From: an uncultured Lachnospiraceae bacterium
Lineage (GTDB): Bacteria > Bacillota > Clostridia > TANB77 > CAG-508
Direction of reading: 5' to 3'
Length of the DNA: 64,000 bases
Assembly (NCBI GenBank): GCA_964489885.1
Contig: CAZAZX010000006.1
Location: forward strand, 3,617 to 67,616
The translations under genes were made by a program, and so were the position numbers. Positions 40,175-50,820 of the stretch are shown here, piece after piece (position 1 is the first letter of the stretch; each line of letters opens with the position of its first letter). The notes under the pieces were generated by a model. The model saw nothing but the letters and a program-made list of their open reading frames with translations. It did not search any database and was not told the DNA's origin.

Positions 40175-40316
40175 ATCTTTTGCTCCTTTTTAAAATTTTC
40201 TCATACATTTAGTATAAATAATCTACTATTATTTATACTACAAAAAGTAACAGAATGCAATACTTTTTTCATAATTTTATAAAAATGTTTTGTATATTTT
40301 TGAAATTAATTCCATT

Positions 40317-41405
40317 TTATACATTAAATCTAAATAAAACAATGTCTCCATCTTGCATTATGTATTCCTTTCCTTCTGAACGGATTAATCCTTTTTCTCT
40401 TGCAACCTGCATACTTCCACTTTTCACTAAATCATCATAAGACACAACTTCAGCTCTTATGAATCCTTTTTGAATATCTGTGTGAATTTTGCCTGCAGCT
40501 TCTGGTGCCTTTGTTCCTTTTTTTATTGTCCATGCTCTGACTTCAGGTTCCCCTGCTGTTAAGAATGACATTAATCCTAATAAATCATAACTTGCTTTGA
40601 TTACTTTGTCTAATCCAGATTCTTTAAGTCCTAATTCCTCAAGCATTTCTTTTTTATCATCTTTATCCAAGATTGTTAGTTCTTCTTCAATTTTTACACA
40701 AAGAGGAATAACTTGAGCATTTTCGTTTTTCGCATATTCTCTAACTAATTTTACATTTTCGTTATCTTCTTTTCCAATATCATCTTCAGAAATGTTTGCA
40801 ATATAAAGAATTGGCTTTGCTGTTAAAAGTAATAATTCTTTAATAATTTCTTTATCTTCATCTGAAAAATCCATACTTCTTGCAGGTTTTCCATCTTCTA
40901 AATTTTGCTTAATCCTTTCTAATAGTTCAATTTCTATTTGATATTTTTTATCTGCTTTAAGCATTTTTTTTGCCTTATCAAGTCTTTTGTCTACTGTTTC
41001 TATATCTGCAAAAATTAATTCTAAATTAATAGTTTCTATATCTCTTATTGGATTAATGCTTCCGTCAACATGAACTATATTTGAATCTTCAAAACAACGA
41101 ACTACCTCAACAATGCTATCAACTTCACGTATATGTGATAAAAATTTATTTCCAAGTCCTTCACCTTTACTAGCACCCTTTACTAATCCAGCTATATCAA
41201 CAAATTCAATAACAGCATGTGTTACTTTCTCTGGATTATACATTTTTGCTAATTCATCTAATCTTTCATCTGGTACAGGTACAACTCCCACATTGGGTTC
41301 TATTGTGCAAAATGGATAATTTGCACATTCAGCACCCGCATTTGTTATAGCATTAAACATCGTACTTTTACCAACATTTGGTAACCCAACAATTCCTAGT
41401 TTCAA
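40317..41405 (-). CDS. ychF: Ribosome-binding ATPase YchF
   Basis: MKLGIVGLPNVGKST G1 motif; 362 aa with a TGS domain. Confidence 0.9.
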   Translation of the reverse strand: MKLGIVGLPNVGKSTMFNAITNAGAECANYPFCTIEPNVGVVPVPDERLDELAKMYNPEKVTHAVIEFVDIAGLVKGASKGEGLGNKFLSHIREVDSIVEVVRCFEDSNIVHVDGSINPIRDIETINLELIFADIETVDKRLDKAKKMLKADKKYQIEIELLERIKQNLEDGKPARSMDFSDEDKEIIKELLLLTAKPILYIANISEDDIGKEDNENVKLVREYAKNENAQVIPLCVKIEEELTILDKDDKKEMLEELGLKESGLDKVIKASYDLLGLMSFLTAGEPEVRAWTIKKGTKAPEAAGKIHTDIQKGFIRAEVVSYDDLVKSGSMQVAREKGLIRSEGKEYIMQDGDIVLFRFNV

Positions 41406-41426
41406 TTAAAATTACTCCTTTTCTTG

Positions 41427-42563
41427 TTAATCTCCTAAACAAATCCCTATGTCTCTTGCTGTGTTCATTAAATCACAATCCATTGGTACTTTTCTTATAT
41501 TACTCTCCTTTGTATTTCCTGAAACAGCTCCGATTTGCTTGTTATTACCTACAACATCTTCTAAGCTTACATAATCTAATCTTCCATTTTTTATAACAAC
41601 CAATGTACCAAACTTTCCTTCCAAAGCTAATCTCATTGCTTTTGCTCCATATTTCGTTGAAAGTGTTCTGTCAAAAGCTGTAGGTGTTCCACCTCTTTGA
41701 ACATAACCTAAAGTTGTGTTTCTTGCTTCGAGTCCTGTTAATTCTTGTAATTGTTGTGCAACTATATTTCCAATTCCACCAAGTTTATTATTATCAACGC
41801 CTTCTCCATTATTTCTTACATTTTGAACTGTTATAGTTCCACCTTTAGGAATTGCTCCTTCAGACACAACTACAAGGCTGAAATTTTTCCCTTCATTTTT
41901 TCTTTGATTAATTTTTTCAACTACTTTATTCAAGTCATAAGGAATTTCAGGTATAAGTGCTACATCTGCACCACCTGCAACAGCAGCTTCTAATGCAATC
42001 CAACCCGCATATCTGCCCATTGTTTCTAGTACCATAATTCTATGATGAGTTTCTCCTGTTGTGTGAAGTCTATCAAGTGCTTCCATTGCAACAGATACTG
42101 CAGTATTATATCCAAAAGTAATTTCAGTACAAGCAACATCATTGTCAATAGTTTTAGGAACTCCAATAACATTTATTCCCTTAGTTGAAAAATCCCTTGC
42201 TGACTTTAAAGTTCCGTCTCCTCCTAAAGTAAATAAACAATCAATTTCATCATTTTTTAAATTTTGTATACATTTATCAGATAAATCTTTATATACAACT
42301 TGTCCATTTTCTTCAACTTTATAATTAAATATATTAGCATTAGTTGAAGAACCTATAATTGAACCACCCTTGTGTAAAATTCCAGAAGCTAAATGCGTTC
42401 CAATTAAATCTACATATTCATTTCTAAGTAGCCCGCGATATCCATCTATAAAACCATAACATTCAACTCCAGCATTTTTTGCAGTAAGCACTATTGCCCT
42501 TATTACCGCATTAAATCCTGAAACATCTCCGCCGTTAGCTAAAATTGCTACTTTTTTTACCAT
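41427..42563 (-). CDS. pfkA: 6-phosphofructokinase (378-aa long form; either ATP- or PPi-dependent, which cannot be resolved here)
   Basis: ILANGGDVSGFNAVIRA, GGDGT and PKTIDND motifs. Confidence 0.8.
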   Translation of the reverse strand: MVKKVAILANGGDVSGFNAVIRAIVLTAKNAGVECYGFIDGYRGLLRNEYVDLIGTHLASGILHKGGSIIGSSTNANIFNYKVEENGQVVYKDLSDKCIQNLKNDEIDCLFTLGGDGTLKSARDFSTKGINVIGVPKTIDNDVACTEITFGYNTAVSVAMEALDRLHTTGETHHRIMVLETMGRYAGWIALEAAVAGGADVALIPEIPYDLNKVVEKINQRKNEGKNFSLVVVSEGAIPKGGTITVQNVRNNGEGVDNNKLGGIGNIVAQQLQELTGLEARNTTLGYVQRGGTPTAFDRTLSTKYGAKAMRLALEGKFGTLVVIKNGRLDYVSLEDVVGNNKQIGAVSGNTKESNIRKVPMDCDLMNTARDIGICLGD

Positions 42564-42677
42564 CTAACTATCCTCCATAAAACTCCTCGTCATTTTTAAA
42601 TTTGCTAATTTAAGATAAAGTAAACACTGCTTTCAACCGACTGAGGATATAATTATTATTTTATTTTTAACTCGATT

Positions 42678-43844
42678 TTATTCTTTCATTTCCAAAAGTT
42701 TTGTTTTAAGTTCTTCTTCTATTTTGTTTAATTCGATTTCAGCTTGTGCTCTCTTTTCTGCTCCTTCCTTATGTATTTGAACAATATTATCCAAAGTATC
42801 TATAATATCTTGATTTGTTTTTTGTAAAGTTTCAATATCAACAATTGCTTTTTCAGATTCTTTAGCAATTTCTATAGTACCTTGTTTTAACATTTCACTA
42901 TTCTTTTTAAGCATATCATTTGTCATTTCTGTTACAGCTTTTTGTGCACCTAATGCATTTTTTGCATTTGTTAATCCAAGTGCAATAACCATTTGATTTT
43001 TCCATAAAGGAATAGTATTTATTAAAGAACTTTGAATTTTTTCAACTAATTCTGTATCATTATTTTGTATTAAACGAATTTGTGGTGCCATTTGTATTGA
43101 AATAATTCTTGTTGTTTTTAAATCATACAATTTTTTCTCGAAACGATTAATTGCATTTACCATATCATTAACTGCTTGTATATCAACTTGTTCTCCTGAT
43201 TCCTCAGCCTTTTTACGTAATTCTGGTAAGTCCACATTTTTTAATTCTTCTAATTTCTTTTCACCAGCAATTATATATAAAGATAATTCTTTAAAGTATT
43301 CAAGATTTTTTTCATACATTGCATCAAATATTGAAATGTCTTTTAACATTTGAATTTTATGTTGTTCTAATTGCTTTTCAATTGCATCAACATTACTTTC
43401 AACTTTACTATATTTTGCAATTAATTTTTCAAGTTGTTTTTTGGCTGAATTAAAAATACCAAGTACTCCTTTTTTTTCTTCTCCTATTGCAGGTACATCA
43501 GAATCAAAATCTTTAATTTCAACAACTAAATCTGTTAAAAGATCTCCGACTTCTCCAGTACTTTTTGTTTTAACATTATCTAAAACTCCGTCAGAAAATT
43601 TTGCAATTTTATTTTGTGCAGAAGAACCATATTGCAATAATTGATTAGTATTTTTTACGTCTATTTTTGTAATAAAATCATCAATTGCCTTTTTTTCAGG
43701 TTCAGATAAAGCATCATAATTTAAAGATTTTTCAACTTTTTCTTCAGATATTTTCTTTTCTTTTAGCAAATCATTTTCAATTTCTTTAGTATTAACTTCT
43801 TGAGGTGCAACAGTTAGTTGAATGTTTTCTTCCATTAAAATCAT
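42678..43844 (-). CDS. telA: TelA/YaaN-family toxic anion resistance protein
   Basis: 388-aa all-helical protein with PF05816-like organisation. Confidence 0.65.
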   Translation of the reverse strand: MILMEENIQLTVAPQEVNTKEIENDLLKEKKISEEKVEKSLNYDALSEPEKKAIDDFITKIDVKNTNQLLQYGSSAQNKIAKFSDGVLDNVKTKSTGEVGDLLTDLVVEIKDFDSDVPAIGEEKKGVLGIFNSAKKQLEKLIAKYSKVESNVDAIEKQLEQHKIQMLKDISIFDAMYEKNLEYFKELSLYIIAGEKKLEELKNVDLPELRKKAEESGEQVDIQAVNDMVNAINRFEKKLYDLKTTRIISIQMAPQIRLIQNNDTELVEKIQSSLINTIPLWKNQMVIALGLTNAKNALGAQKAVTEMTNDMLKKNSEMLKQGTIEIAKESEKAIVDIETLQKTNQDIIDTLDNIVQIHKEGAEKRAQAEIELNKIEEELKTKLLEMKE

Positions 43845-44031
43845 CCTTTCTTTTCATTTTAAATTTTTCAATTTAATATTTGTTTTATTATATTATTATT
43901 GTTTTAAATAGTCAATAAGCTCCTCATACATATTCATTAGCATATTTAACTATACATTACGATTTGTTTATAAAAAATTAACTCACACTTGATTAATTCT
44001 AGTTAATTTTGCGTTCAATGTTTCTCCTCTT

Positions 44032-45354
44032 TTATTCTGTATAACCAGGTTTTTCAAGTAATCTAAACATATTTGTTTTATATGCTTCAACTCCAGGTTG
44101 GTCAAAAGGGTTTACACCTAAAATTAATCCAGACATTGCACATGCTTTTTCAAAGAAATAAATTAAGTGTCCAATACTTTCTTCATTTAATTTTTCCATA
44201 TCAATTCTTATATTAGGACAACGTCCAAATACGTGTGCCTCTATAGTTCCAAGCATTGCTCTTTTATTTATATAATCTAAACTTTTTCCAGCTAAATAAT
44301 TTAATCCATCTAGGTTATCTTCATCTGGTTTAATAATTAAATTAGAATTGCATTCTTCAATATTTAATACTGTTTCAAATATAATTCTTTCTCCTTGTTG
44401 AATATATTGACCCATTGAATGTAAATCTGTTGTAAAGTCAACTCCTGAAGGAAATAAGCCTTTATTGTCTTTTCCTTCACTTTCGCCAAATAGCTGTTTC
44501 CACCATTCTGTAAAATAGTGCATTTTGGGTTCATAATTAACTAATATTTCTGTAGATTTATGATAATTGTATAAAATATTTCTTGCTACAGCATATTTAT
44601 AGCAATCATTATATTTTAGATTTGGTTCATTATATTTTTCCTGTGCCATCTTTGCACCATTAAGTAATTTTTCTATATCTATACCTGCACAAGCAATTGG
44701 TAGTAAGCCTACTGGTGTTAATACAGAATATCTTCCTCCAACATTATCTGGAATAATAAAACTTTCATATCCTTCTTCTTTTGCAAGTTTTCTTAAAGCT
44801 CCCTTTTCTTTATCAGTTGTAACATAAATTCTTTCTCTTGCACCCTTTATTCCATATTTGTTTTCTAGGAATTCTCTAAATACTCTAAATGCAATTGCAG
44901 GTTCTGTAGTCGTTCCAGATTTGGAAATTACATTAATTGATAAATCTCTATCTCCTATTAAATCAATTAAATCAGTTAAGTAGTTTGAGCTTAAATTATT
45001 CCCTGCAAATAAAACTATAGGATTTCTTCTTTTTTCATCAGGCAACATATTTGAAAAAGTATGTGAAAGGCTTTCTATTACAGCTCTTGCCCCTAAGTAT
45101 GAACCTCCTATGCCTATAACAATCAATATTTCTGAATTTTTCTTTATTTTTTCAGATGCATTAATTATTCTTTCTACTTCTTCTTTGTTATAATTAGTTG
45201 GTAAATTTAGCCAGCCTAAAAATTCTCCTTCTTTATCTGCTTTTTTGTTTAATTCATTATGAATTTTTTCAACTTTATCTTTATATAAAAGCATTTCTTT
45301 TGATGATACTGTGCTATTTTCAAGATCAATTTTAATATTTGACATAGACTTCAA
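44032..45354 (-). CDS. pgi: Glucose-6-phosphate isomerase
   Basis: [12 protein letters not shown]… ; ~440 aa bacterial PGI. Confidence 0.85.
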   Translation of the reverse strand: MKSMSNIKIDLENSTVSSKEMLLYKDKVEKIHNELNKKADKEGEFLGWLNLPTNYNKEEVERIINASEKIKKNSEILIVIGIGGSYLGARAVIESLSHTFSNMLPDEKRRNPIVLFAGNNLSSNYLTDLIDLIGDRDLSINVISKSGTTTEPAIAFRVFREFLENKYGIKGARERIYVTTDKEKGALRKLAKEEGYESFIIPDNVGGRYSVLTPVGLLPIACAGIDIEKLLNGAKMAQEKYNEPNLKYNDCYKYAVARNILYNYHKSTEILVNYEPKMHYFTEWWKQLFGESEGKDNKGLFPSGVDFTTDLHSMGQYIQQGERIIFETVLNIEECNSNLIIKPDEDNLDGLNYLAGKSLDYINKRAMLGTIEAHVFGRCPNIRIDMEKLNEESIGHLIYFFEKACAMSGLILGVNPFDQPGVEAYKTNMFRLLEKPGYTE

Positions 45355-45522
45355 CTCCTATTTTCTTTTTCAATGATATTCTATAGCAACAAATAAAATA
45401 TTTCAACATTTTTTAGTACAATTTTGCGTAAAAAAAGGATTATAATTTTTCATTATAATCCTTTTGTGGATAATGCCTTCATTACGAAAAAGTGTTGAAA
45501 GCCACACTTTTTCGTAATCAAA

Positions 45523-46773
45523 TTAATAGCTTAGGCTATTTTCATCTAGCAAGAAATCAAATATATTCATTGTTATAATTCCATTCTCGTTTCTACCTGC
45601 TTTGACATAATCTTTTACTATTATCATTTTTTTAAATGAATCATTTACATTTAATAATGAATTTTCTTCTTGTTCTCTTTTTTCTCTTGTTGGCATTGAA
45701 AATGCTGACTGAATGTATATTCTATTATTTCCTTTATTTGCAACAAAATCGATTTCTAGTTGCTTATATGATTTTTTATCATTTTGATTATTTCTATGTT
45801 CAACTACTCCAATATCAACATTATATCCTCTTTTTCTCAACTCATTATAAATTACATTTTCCATAATATGAGTTTCTTCATCCTGTCTGAAATTAATAAA
45901 TGAATTTCTTATTCCAATATCACTAAAATAATATTTTAAAGGAGTATTAATATATTTTCTGCCTTTTACATCATATCTATTTGCCTTTTCTATTATGAAT
46001 GCCTCCTCCAAATATTTTAGATATAATGCAATAGTATTTTGTGAAACATCAATTTTTTCTTCACTTTTGAACGTATCTGACAATTTTTTAGGATTTGTTA
46101 ATGAGCCTATTCCAGATGAAATAATTTTAACTAATGTATCTAATTCATTGTCACTTCTTAAATGGTTTCTTTCAATTACATCATTTATATATACATTATT
46201 TTTTTGCTCTTCAAGATATTTAATTTTTCTATCATCTGTATTCATTAAAGCAACTAATGGTAAGCCACCATAAGTTATATATTCACTCCAGCCTTTTAAT
46301 TCATTTTCTTTATACACAGACATAAATTCAGAGAAATTTAATGGATATACTCTAATTTCTTCTCCACGACCTCTAAACTCTGTAATTATATTTGATGATA
46401 AAAATTTAGAGTTACTACCTGTTACATATATATCTAAATTTTGATGCCTTAATAAACCATTTAACACAAATTCAAATTTATCTACCAACTGAATTTCATC
46501 TAATAAAACATAATATAATCCATCATCTACAACTCTTTTTAATATTTCTTCTTCTAATTTGATTCCATCCAATAATTCAATACTTTTTGTGTCATCTAGT
46601 GATATTTGAATAATGTGATTTTTAAATACACCACTATTAATTAAATAATTATAAAAAATTGTATTTAATAAATATGATTTCCCACATCTTCTAATTCCTG
46701 TAATTATTTTTATTAAATGATCTTCTTTAGCTTCTATAAGCTGATTCAAATAAAAATCTCTTTTAATTTCCAT
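45523..46773 (-). CDS. AAA-family ATPase (AAA_14 + DUF4143, COG1373-like)
   Basis: Walker A GIRRCGKSYLL and Walker B VLLDEIQ. Confidence 0.7.
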   Translation of the reverse strand: MEIKRDFYLNQLIEAKEDHLIKIITGIRRCGKSYLLNTIFYNYLINSGVFKNHIIQISLDDTKSIELLDGIKLEEEILKRVVDDGLYYVLLDEIQLVDKFEFVLNGLLRHQNLDIYVTGSNSKFLSSNIITEFRGRGEEIRVYPLNFSEFMSVYKENELKGWSEYITYGGLPLVALMNTDDRKIKYLEEQKNNVYINDVIERNHLRSDNELDTLVKIISSGIGSLTNPKKLSDTFKSEEKIDVSQNTIALYLKYLEEAFIIEKANRYDVKGRKYINTPLKYYFSDIGIRNSFINFRQDEETHIMENVIYNELRKRGYNVDIGVVEHRNNQNDKKSYKQLEIDFVANKGNNRIYIQSAFSMPTREKREQEENSLLNVNDSFKKMIIVKDYVKAGRNENGIITMNIFDFLLDENSLSY

Positions 46774-46933
46774 ACTAACACCCCAATCTTAATAGTTTTA
46801 TACCTTATTATTATTTATTATAGTGATTATTTTTATTATTTATAAGTTTATTTTATAGCATTTGATGTAATTTTTCAACATTTTACTGAAAATTTACTGT
46901 CCTTTTCCAGTAAATTTTCAGTAAGGCATATTT

Positions 46934-48244
46934 TTATTGTGAAACAATAATATTGGGCGAATTCATATATTTTCTTGTATTCAAAAATAACCAGTACAAA
47001 CTTGTACTGGTTATTTCCATTTTATCAGAAACAGATTGTTCTGTATAATGATATGTTCCTGGAACTAAATCAACTGCATTTGCAAAATTTACTTTTCCAT
47101 TTTCATCAGTTGTAAGAACTACATCGTTTCCTAAAGCATCTTTTATAGGTTTATTATTTTCATCAAGTAAAGCAATTGACGTTTTTTGTATTTCATTTGT
47201 TGTTTTATCTACAAGATTTGTAATTGTCGCATCTTTTGCTACAATTTTTTCATTAAATATTTTTAGTATAGTTTCCTTTTGTTTATCTGCAGTGAAAACT
47301 TTACCTTCACTTGATACATAAAATTGATATTCATTTGAATCAATTCTGTAACCTTCTGGCTGTTTTGTTTGTTTAATAGTGTATGTTCCCTCAGTTAGCC
47401 CTTTAATTATATACTTTCCACTAACATCCGTTGTTCCAGTTCTTACAACCTCTCCATTTGAATTTTTTATTTCAAAACTACCTCCTTGAAGAGCTGAACT
47501 ATCTTTTTTATCATTATCATAAACAGGAATCTCATAGTCCTTTATTTCCAAAGAAAAATCTTTAAATTCAATCTGTGTTAAAGTGCTACAGCTATGTTGT
47601 AAATAAGAAACAAGCAGTCCAAATCCTTCGCCTGCATGGTTTGCATAATTCAAATTTTGACTTAGCACTTGAACTCCATTATCTAGAACAGTTACCTTTG
47701 TTGGAGATGTTGTAATAACTAAATTATGTATTAAAGTATTGGGTTTAGCAACAGAAGCTAATTGCTCTTTTGCATAATTTTGAACACTACTACTTGGTGA
47801 AGTTTCAAATGTATTAATATCAACATTTTCTAGTCTATAAATCATAATATTTCTTTCATTTATTAATAAAACATCTCCTGAAATTTTTCCATTACTTTCT
47901 TTTGCATTAAAAATAAATCCTGCCCCATCTAAGGTATGGTAATTGCCCTTTGTTTCATCTAATTGAAACTTAAATATTTTTTCTCCAGCAAAATTATAGT
48001 CTTTAAATAAATAATCTTTATATGAAACAACTCCATATCCATAGAAGTCTATTTTGTTATCCCCTATTTTTATATGTTTTCCATTATATGCTATATCATC
48101 AGTCGTTGTTCTTACGTGCCATTCCCAGTAATTATCATTAAAAAACTCTGATGTTGAAACAGCAAATGACTGAATTTGCATTAAAAATATTACTGTTAAA
48201 ATAGTAATTATTATAATTATTTTATTTGTTAATGAATTTTTCAT
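46934..48244 (-). CDS. Secreted Cna-B/SpaA-like (prealbumin-fold) domain protein with no recognisable sorting signal
   Basis: Signal peptide, then GGSFEIKNSNGEVVRTGTTDVSGKYIIKGLTEGTYTIKQTKQPEGYRID. A strong hairpin at 46990-47009 lies inside the 3' end of the ORF. Confidence 0.55.
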   Translation of the reverse strand: MKNSLTNKIIIIITILTVIFLMQIQSFAVSTSEFFNDNYWEWHVRTTTDDIAYNGKHIKIGDNKIDFYGYGVVSYKDYLFKDYNFAGEKIFKFQLDETKGNYHTLDGAGFIFNAKESNGKISGDVLLINERNIMIYRLENVDINTFETSPSSSVQNYAKEQLASVAKPNTLIHNLVITTSPTKVTVLDNGVQVLSQNLNYANHAGEGFGLLVSYLQHSCSTLTQIEFKDFSLEIKDYEIPVYDNDKKDSSALQGGSFEIKNSNGEVVRTGTTDVSGKYIIKGLTEGTYTIKQTKQPEGYRIDSNEYQFYVSSEGKVFTADKQKETILKIFNEKIVAKDATITNLVDKTTNEIQKTSIALLDENNKPIKDALGNDVVLTTDENGKVNFANAVDLVPGTYHYTEQSVSDKMEITSTSLYWLFLNTRKYMNSPNIIVSQ

Positions 48245-48660
48245 TTGTAAACTCCTCCATTCACTTTGAATTATATATATAATTTATTCTGATGTCAATG
48301 GAAAAAAGTCGTATTTGCAAAAGAATAATCTTTATCATGGCGGGGAAAATCGTTACATAACCCGCCTTTATTTTTTGCATAAAAAAAGAGTATATAGTTC
48401 GTTACCCCTACATACTTGTACATAGCTTTTGACAAGTTTTACATCATTTTAAAGCTAATACAAGTATAGCATTATTTTTAGTAGATGTCAAATACTAATT
48501 TTACTGCATATTTATTATAATTTATAACTGTCAATTATGTGAAACGAATTTTTTTCGACTTTTTTATAGTTGTACTGCAAAAAAGTCGAAATCTTTTATT
48601 GAAATTATAAATAAAATATGTTATAGTTACAATATAGTTTCTAGGAGGAATTGATTAAAT

Positions 48661-49923
48661 ATGAATAAATTTTTTGAAAGAACTATTACAAATAAGTTAA
48701 ACGAATTGTCAACTAATTTTCCAGTTGTTCTTGTAACAGGACCTCGTCAAGTTGGAAAAACTACACTGTTAAATGACTTTATTGATAGTAACAATGGCAA
48801 AATATCACTAGTAACACTAGATAATTTAAAAGATAGAGCATTAGCACAGGAAAACCCAGAATTATTTTTAAGGACTTATGAGCCACCTGTTGTAATTGAT
48901 GAATTTCAATATGCACCACAGTTACTCCCATACATTAAAATTAAAATAGACAAAATGAGATACCAAAGTTTAAAAAATAATACTAATCCTAATGGGCAAT
49001 ACTACCTAACTGGTTCTCAAATATTCCAAACAATGGAACAAGTTGGAGAAAGCTTGGCTGGAAGAGTTGGTATTTTAAATTTATATAATTTATCTGAAAG
49101 AGAAATTGAAAAAGTTTACGAAAATAAATTCTCACCAAAATTAGAAGAACTAAAAAATAAAAAAACTACTAAAAAATATCAAACAATAAAATTATTCGAT
49201 AGAATCTTAAAAGGTGGATATCCTGAGCTATGGAGAAACCCAAAATTAAATAGAAACGATTTTTTTAATGAATATATAAAAACATATATTGAAAGAGATA
49301 TAAGACAATTAATAAATCTAAAAGATGAACTTAAATTCATTAGATTTATTCAAAGCGTAGCTGCAAGAACTGGTCAAGTTACAAACATTGATGATATTTC
49401 AAGCGATGTAGGTATTTCAAATAATACTGGAAATGAATGGTTTTCTATTTTAGTTAATACAGGTTTAATAATATTATTACAACCATATTATAATAATAAT
49501 TTATCAAGAATAATAAAATCATCAAAGTTATATATGACAGACACAGGGCTTGCTTGCTATTTAACAGGATATATGGATGCAACTGTACTAGAAAGAAGTA
49601 TGTACAATGGAGCAATTTTTGAAACTTATGTCATTAATGAAATTGTTAAGTCTTTTACAAATCAAGGATTAGAACCTTCAAAATATTTATATTATTATAG
49701 GGATAAAGATAAAAAAGAAATTGATTTACTTATTGAAGAAAACAAAACCATACATCCAATAGAAATAAAAAAGAGCTCTACCCCTGATAAAGATGCAATT
49801 AAGAATTTTGATATTTTAAAAACCACAGGTTACGAAATTGGTGAAGGTGGAATTATCTGTATGGCTGAAAAGTTAATGCCAATTGATGAAAAAAATAACA
49901 TTATACCAATAGAATATATATAA
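48661..49923 (+). CDS. AAA-family ATPase (AAA_14 + DUF4143), paralogue of 45523-46773
   Basis: Walker A GPRQVGKTTLL and Walker B VVIDEFQ. Confidence 0.7.
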   Translation: MNKFFERTITNKLNELSTNFPVVLVTGPRQVGKTTLLNDFIDSNNGKISLVTLDNLKDRALAQENPELFLRTYEPPVVIDEFQYAPQLLPYIKIKIDKMRYQSLKNNTNPNGQYYLTGSQIFQTMEQVGESLAGRVGILNLYNLSEREIEKVYENKFSPKLEELKNKKTTKKYQTIKLFDRILKGGYPELWRNPKLNRNDFFNEYIKTYIERDIRQLINLKDELKFIRFIQSVAARTGQVTNIDDISSDVGISNNTGNEWFSILVNTGLIILLQPYYNNNLSRIIKSSKLYMTDTGLACYLTGYMDATVLERSMYNGAIFETYVINEIVKSFTNQGLEPSKYLYYYRDKDKKEIDLLIEENKTIHPIEIKKSSTPDKDAIKNFDILKTTGYEIGEGGIICMAEKLMPIDEKNNIIPIEYI

Positions 49924-49950
49924 GAAATAACATTTTAAATATCATTTGAA

Positions 49951-50433
49951 ATGCAAAAATTAAAGAAAATAATGATTGTTAAACAGGAATATAAATGGTA
50001 TAATAATAATGTATTGAAGGAGAAAAAAGCTATGAATAATATAGATTTAATGAATTATTGGATTGAAAGTTCAGAGGAAGATTATAATGTAATGAATATT
50101 TTGCATAATAATAAGAAAAACAACTATTGTTTATTCTTTGGACAAATGGTTATAGAAAAACTATTAAAAGCATTATATGCAAAAATTAATAAAAACACAC
50201 CTTATGCTCCCAAAACACATGATTTATTATTTTTAGCAGAAAAAATGAATTTGCCAATAAATGAAAAACAAGCACGTGATTTAGTTGAAATAACAAAGTT
50301 TAATTTAAGTACAAGATATGATGACTATAAAAGAGAGTTTTATAATAAATGTACTAGTGAATTTACAGAAGAACAAATCAAGAAGATTGAGGAGGTAAGA
50401 TTGTGGATAAAAAAAATATTGGAACAGAAGTAA
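49951..50433 (+). CDS. HEPN domain protein. The probable true start is the internal ATG near 50032 (MNNIDLMNYW…).
   Basis: ~130 aa helical protein paired with a downstream minimal nucleotidyltransferase that overlaps it by 31 nt. Confidence 0.55.
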   Translation: MQKLKKIMIVKQEYKWYNNNVLKEKKAMNNIDLMNYWIESSEEDYNVMNILHNNKKNNYCLFFGQMVIEKLLKALYAKINKNTPYAPKTHDLLFLAEKMNLPINEKQARDLVEITKFNLSTRYDDYKREFYNKCTSEFTEEQIKKIEEVRLWIKKILEQK

Positions 50434-50738
50434 ACAAAGAAATTGCTGATATAGTAAATAAGTACATTGCCATTGTAAAAAAAAATTATAATGTAGTAGC
50501 GATAATATTGTTTGGTTCTTATGTCAAAGGAACAGAAAATAAAGATAGTGATATAGATATAGCAATTGTTACAGATGATATAAAAACAGATAAATTTGAT
50601 GAAGAAGTAAAACTAACTTTATTAAGAAGAAAAATAGATTCAAGAATAGAACCACATATTATTAGTTTAGCTGATTATGAAAATAATGAAACACCTTTCG
50701 TTGTAGAAGTAAAAAATACAGGAATTAAAATAGCATAA
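50403..50738 (+). CDS. Minimal nucleotidyltransferase (MNT, PF01909)
   Basis: GS..KG…DSDIDIAIV motif. Confidence 0.7.
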   Translation: MDKKNIGTEVNKEIADIVNKYIAIVKKNYNVVAIILFGSYVKGTENKDSDIDIAIVTDDIKTDKFDEEVKLTLLRRKIDSRIEPHIISLADYENNETPFVVEVKNTGIKIA

Positions 50739-50820
50739 TATAAATGTAATAAACACTACAATAAAAAATTGGTATTATTGACCACTTTTAAAGTTTGTCG
50801 ATAATACCAATTTTCCCATT

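Noticed and set aside
39859-40193. An antisense ORF MLQVFQQCLQQLQQLL… and a sense-shifted ORF MVPVPVIPVVP… within the TG-repeat protein gene
   Set aside because: Alternative frames of the 24-bp tandem repeat. The LPKTG-anchored frame has a signal peptide and sorting signal and is the real one.
46934-47040. The idea that the Cna-B-like protein lost an LPxTG signal through another frameshift
   Set aside because: Both alternative frames hit stops within a few codons, and no LPxTG-like sequence is present in any frame. It was left as a secreted protein without an anchor; the internal hairpin 46990-47009 is probably its terminator overlapping the last codons.
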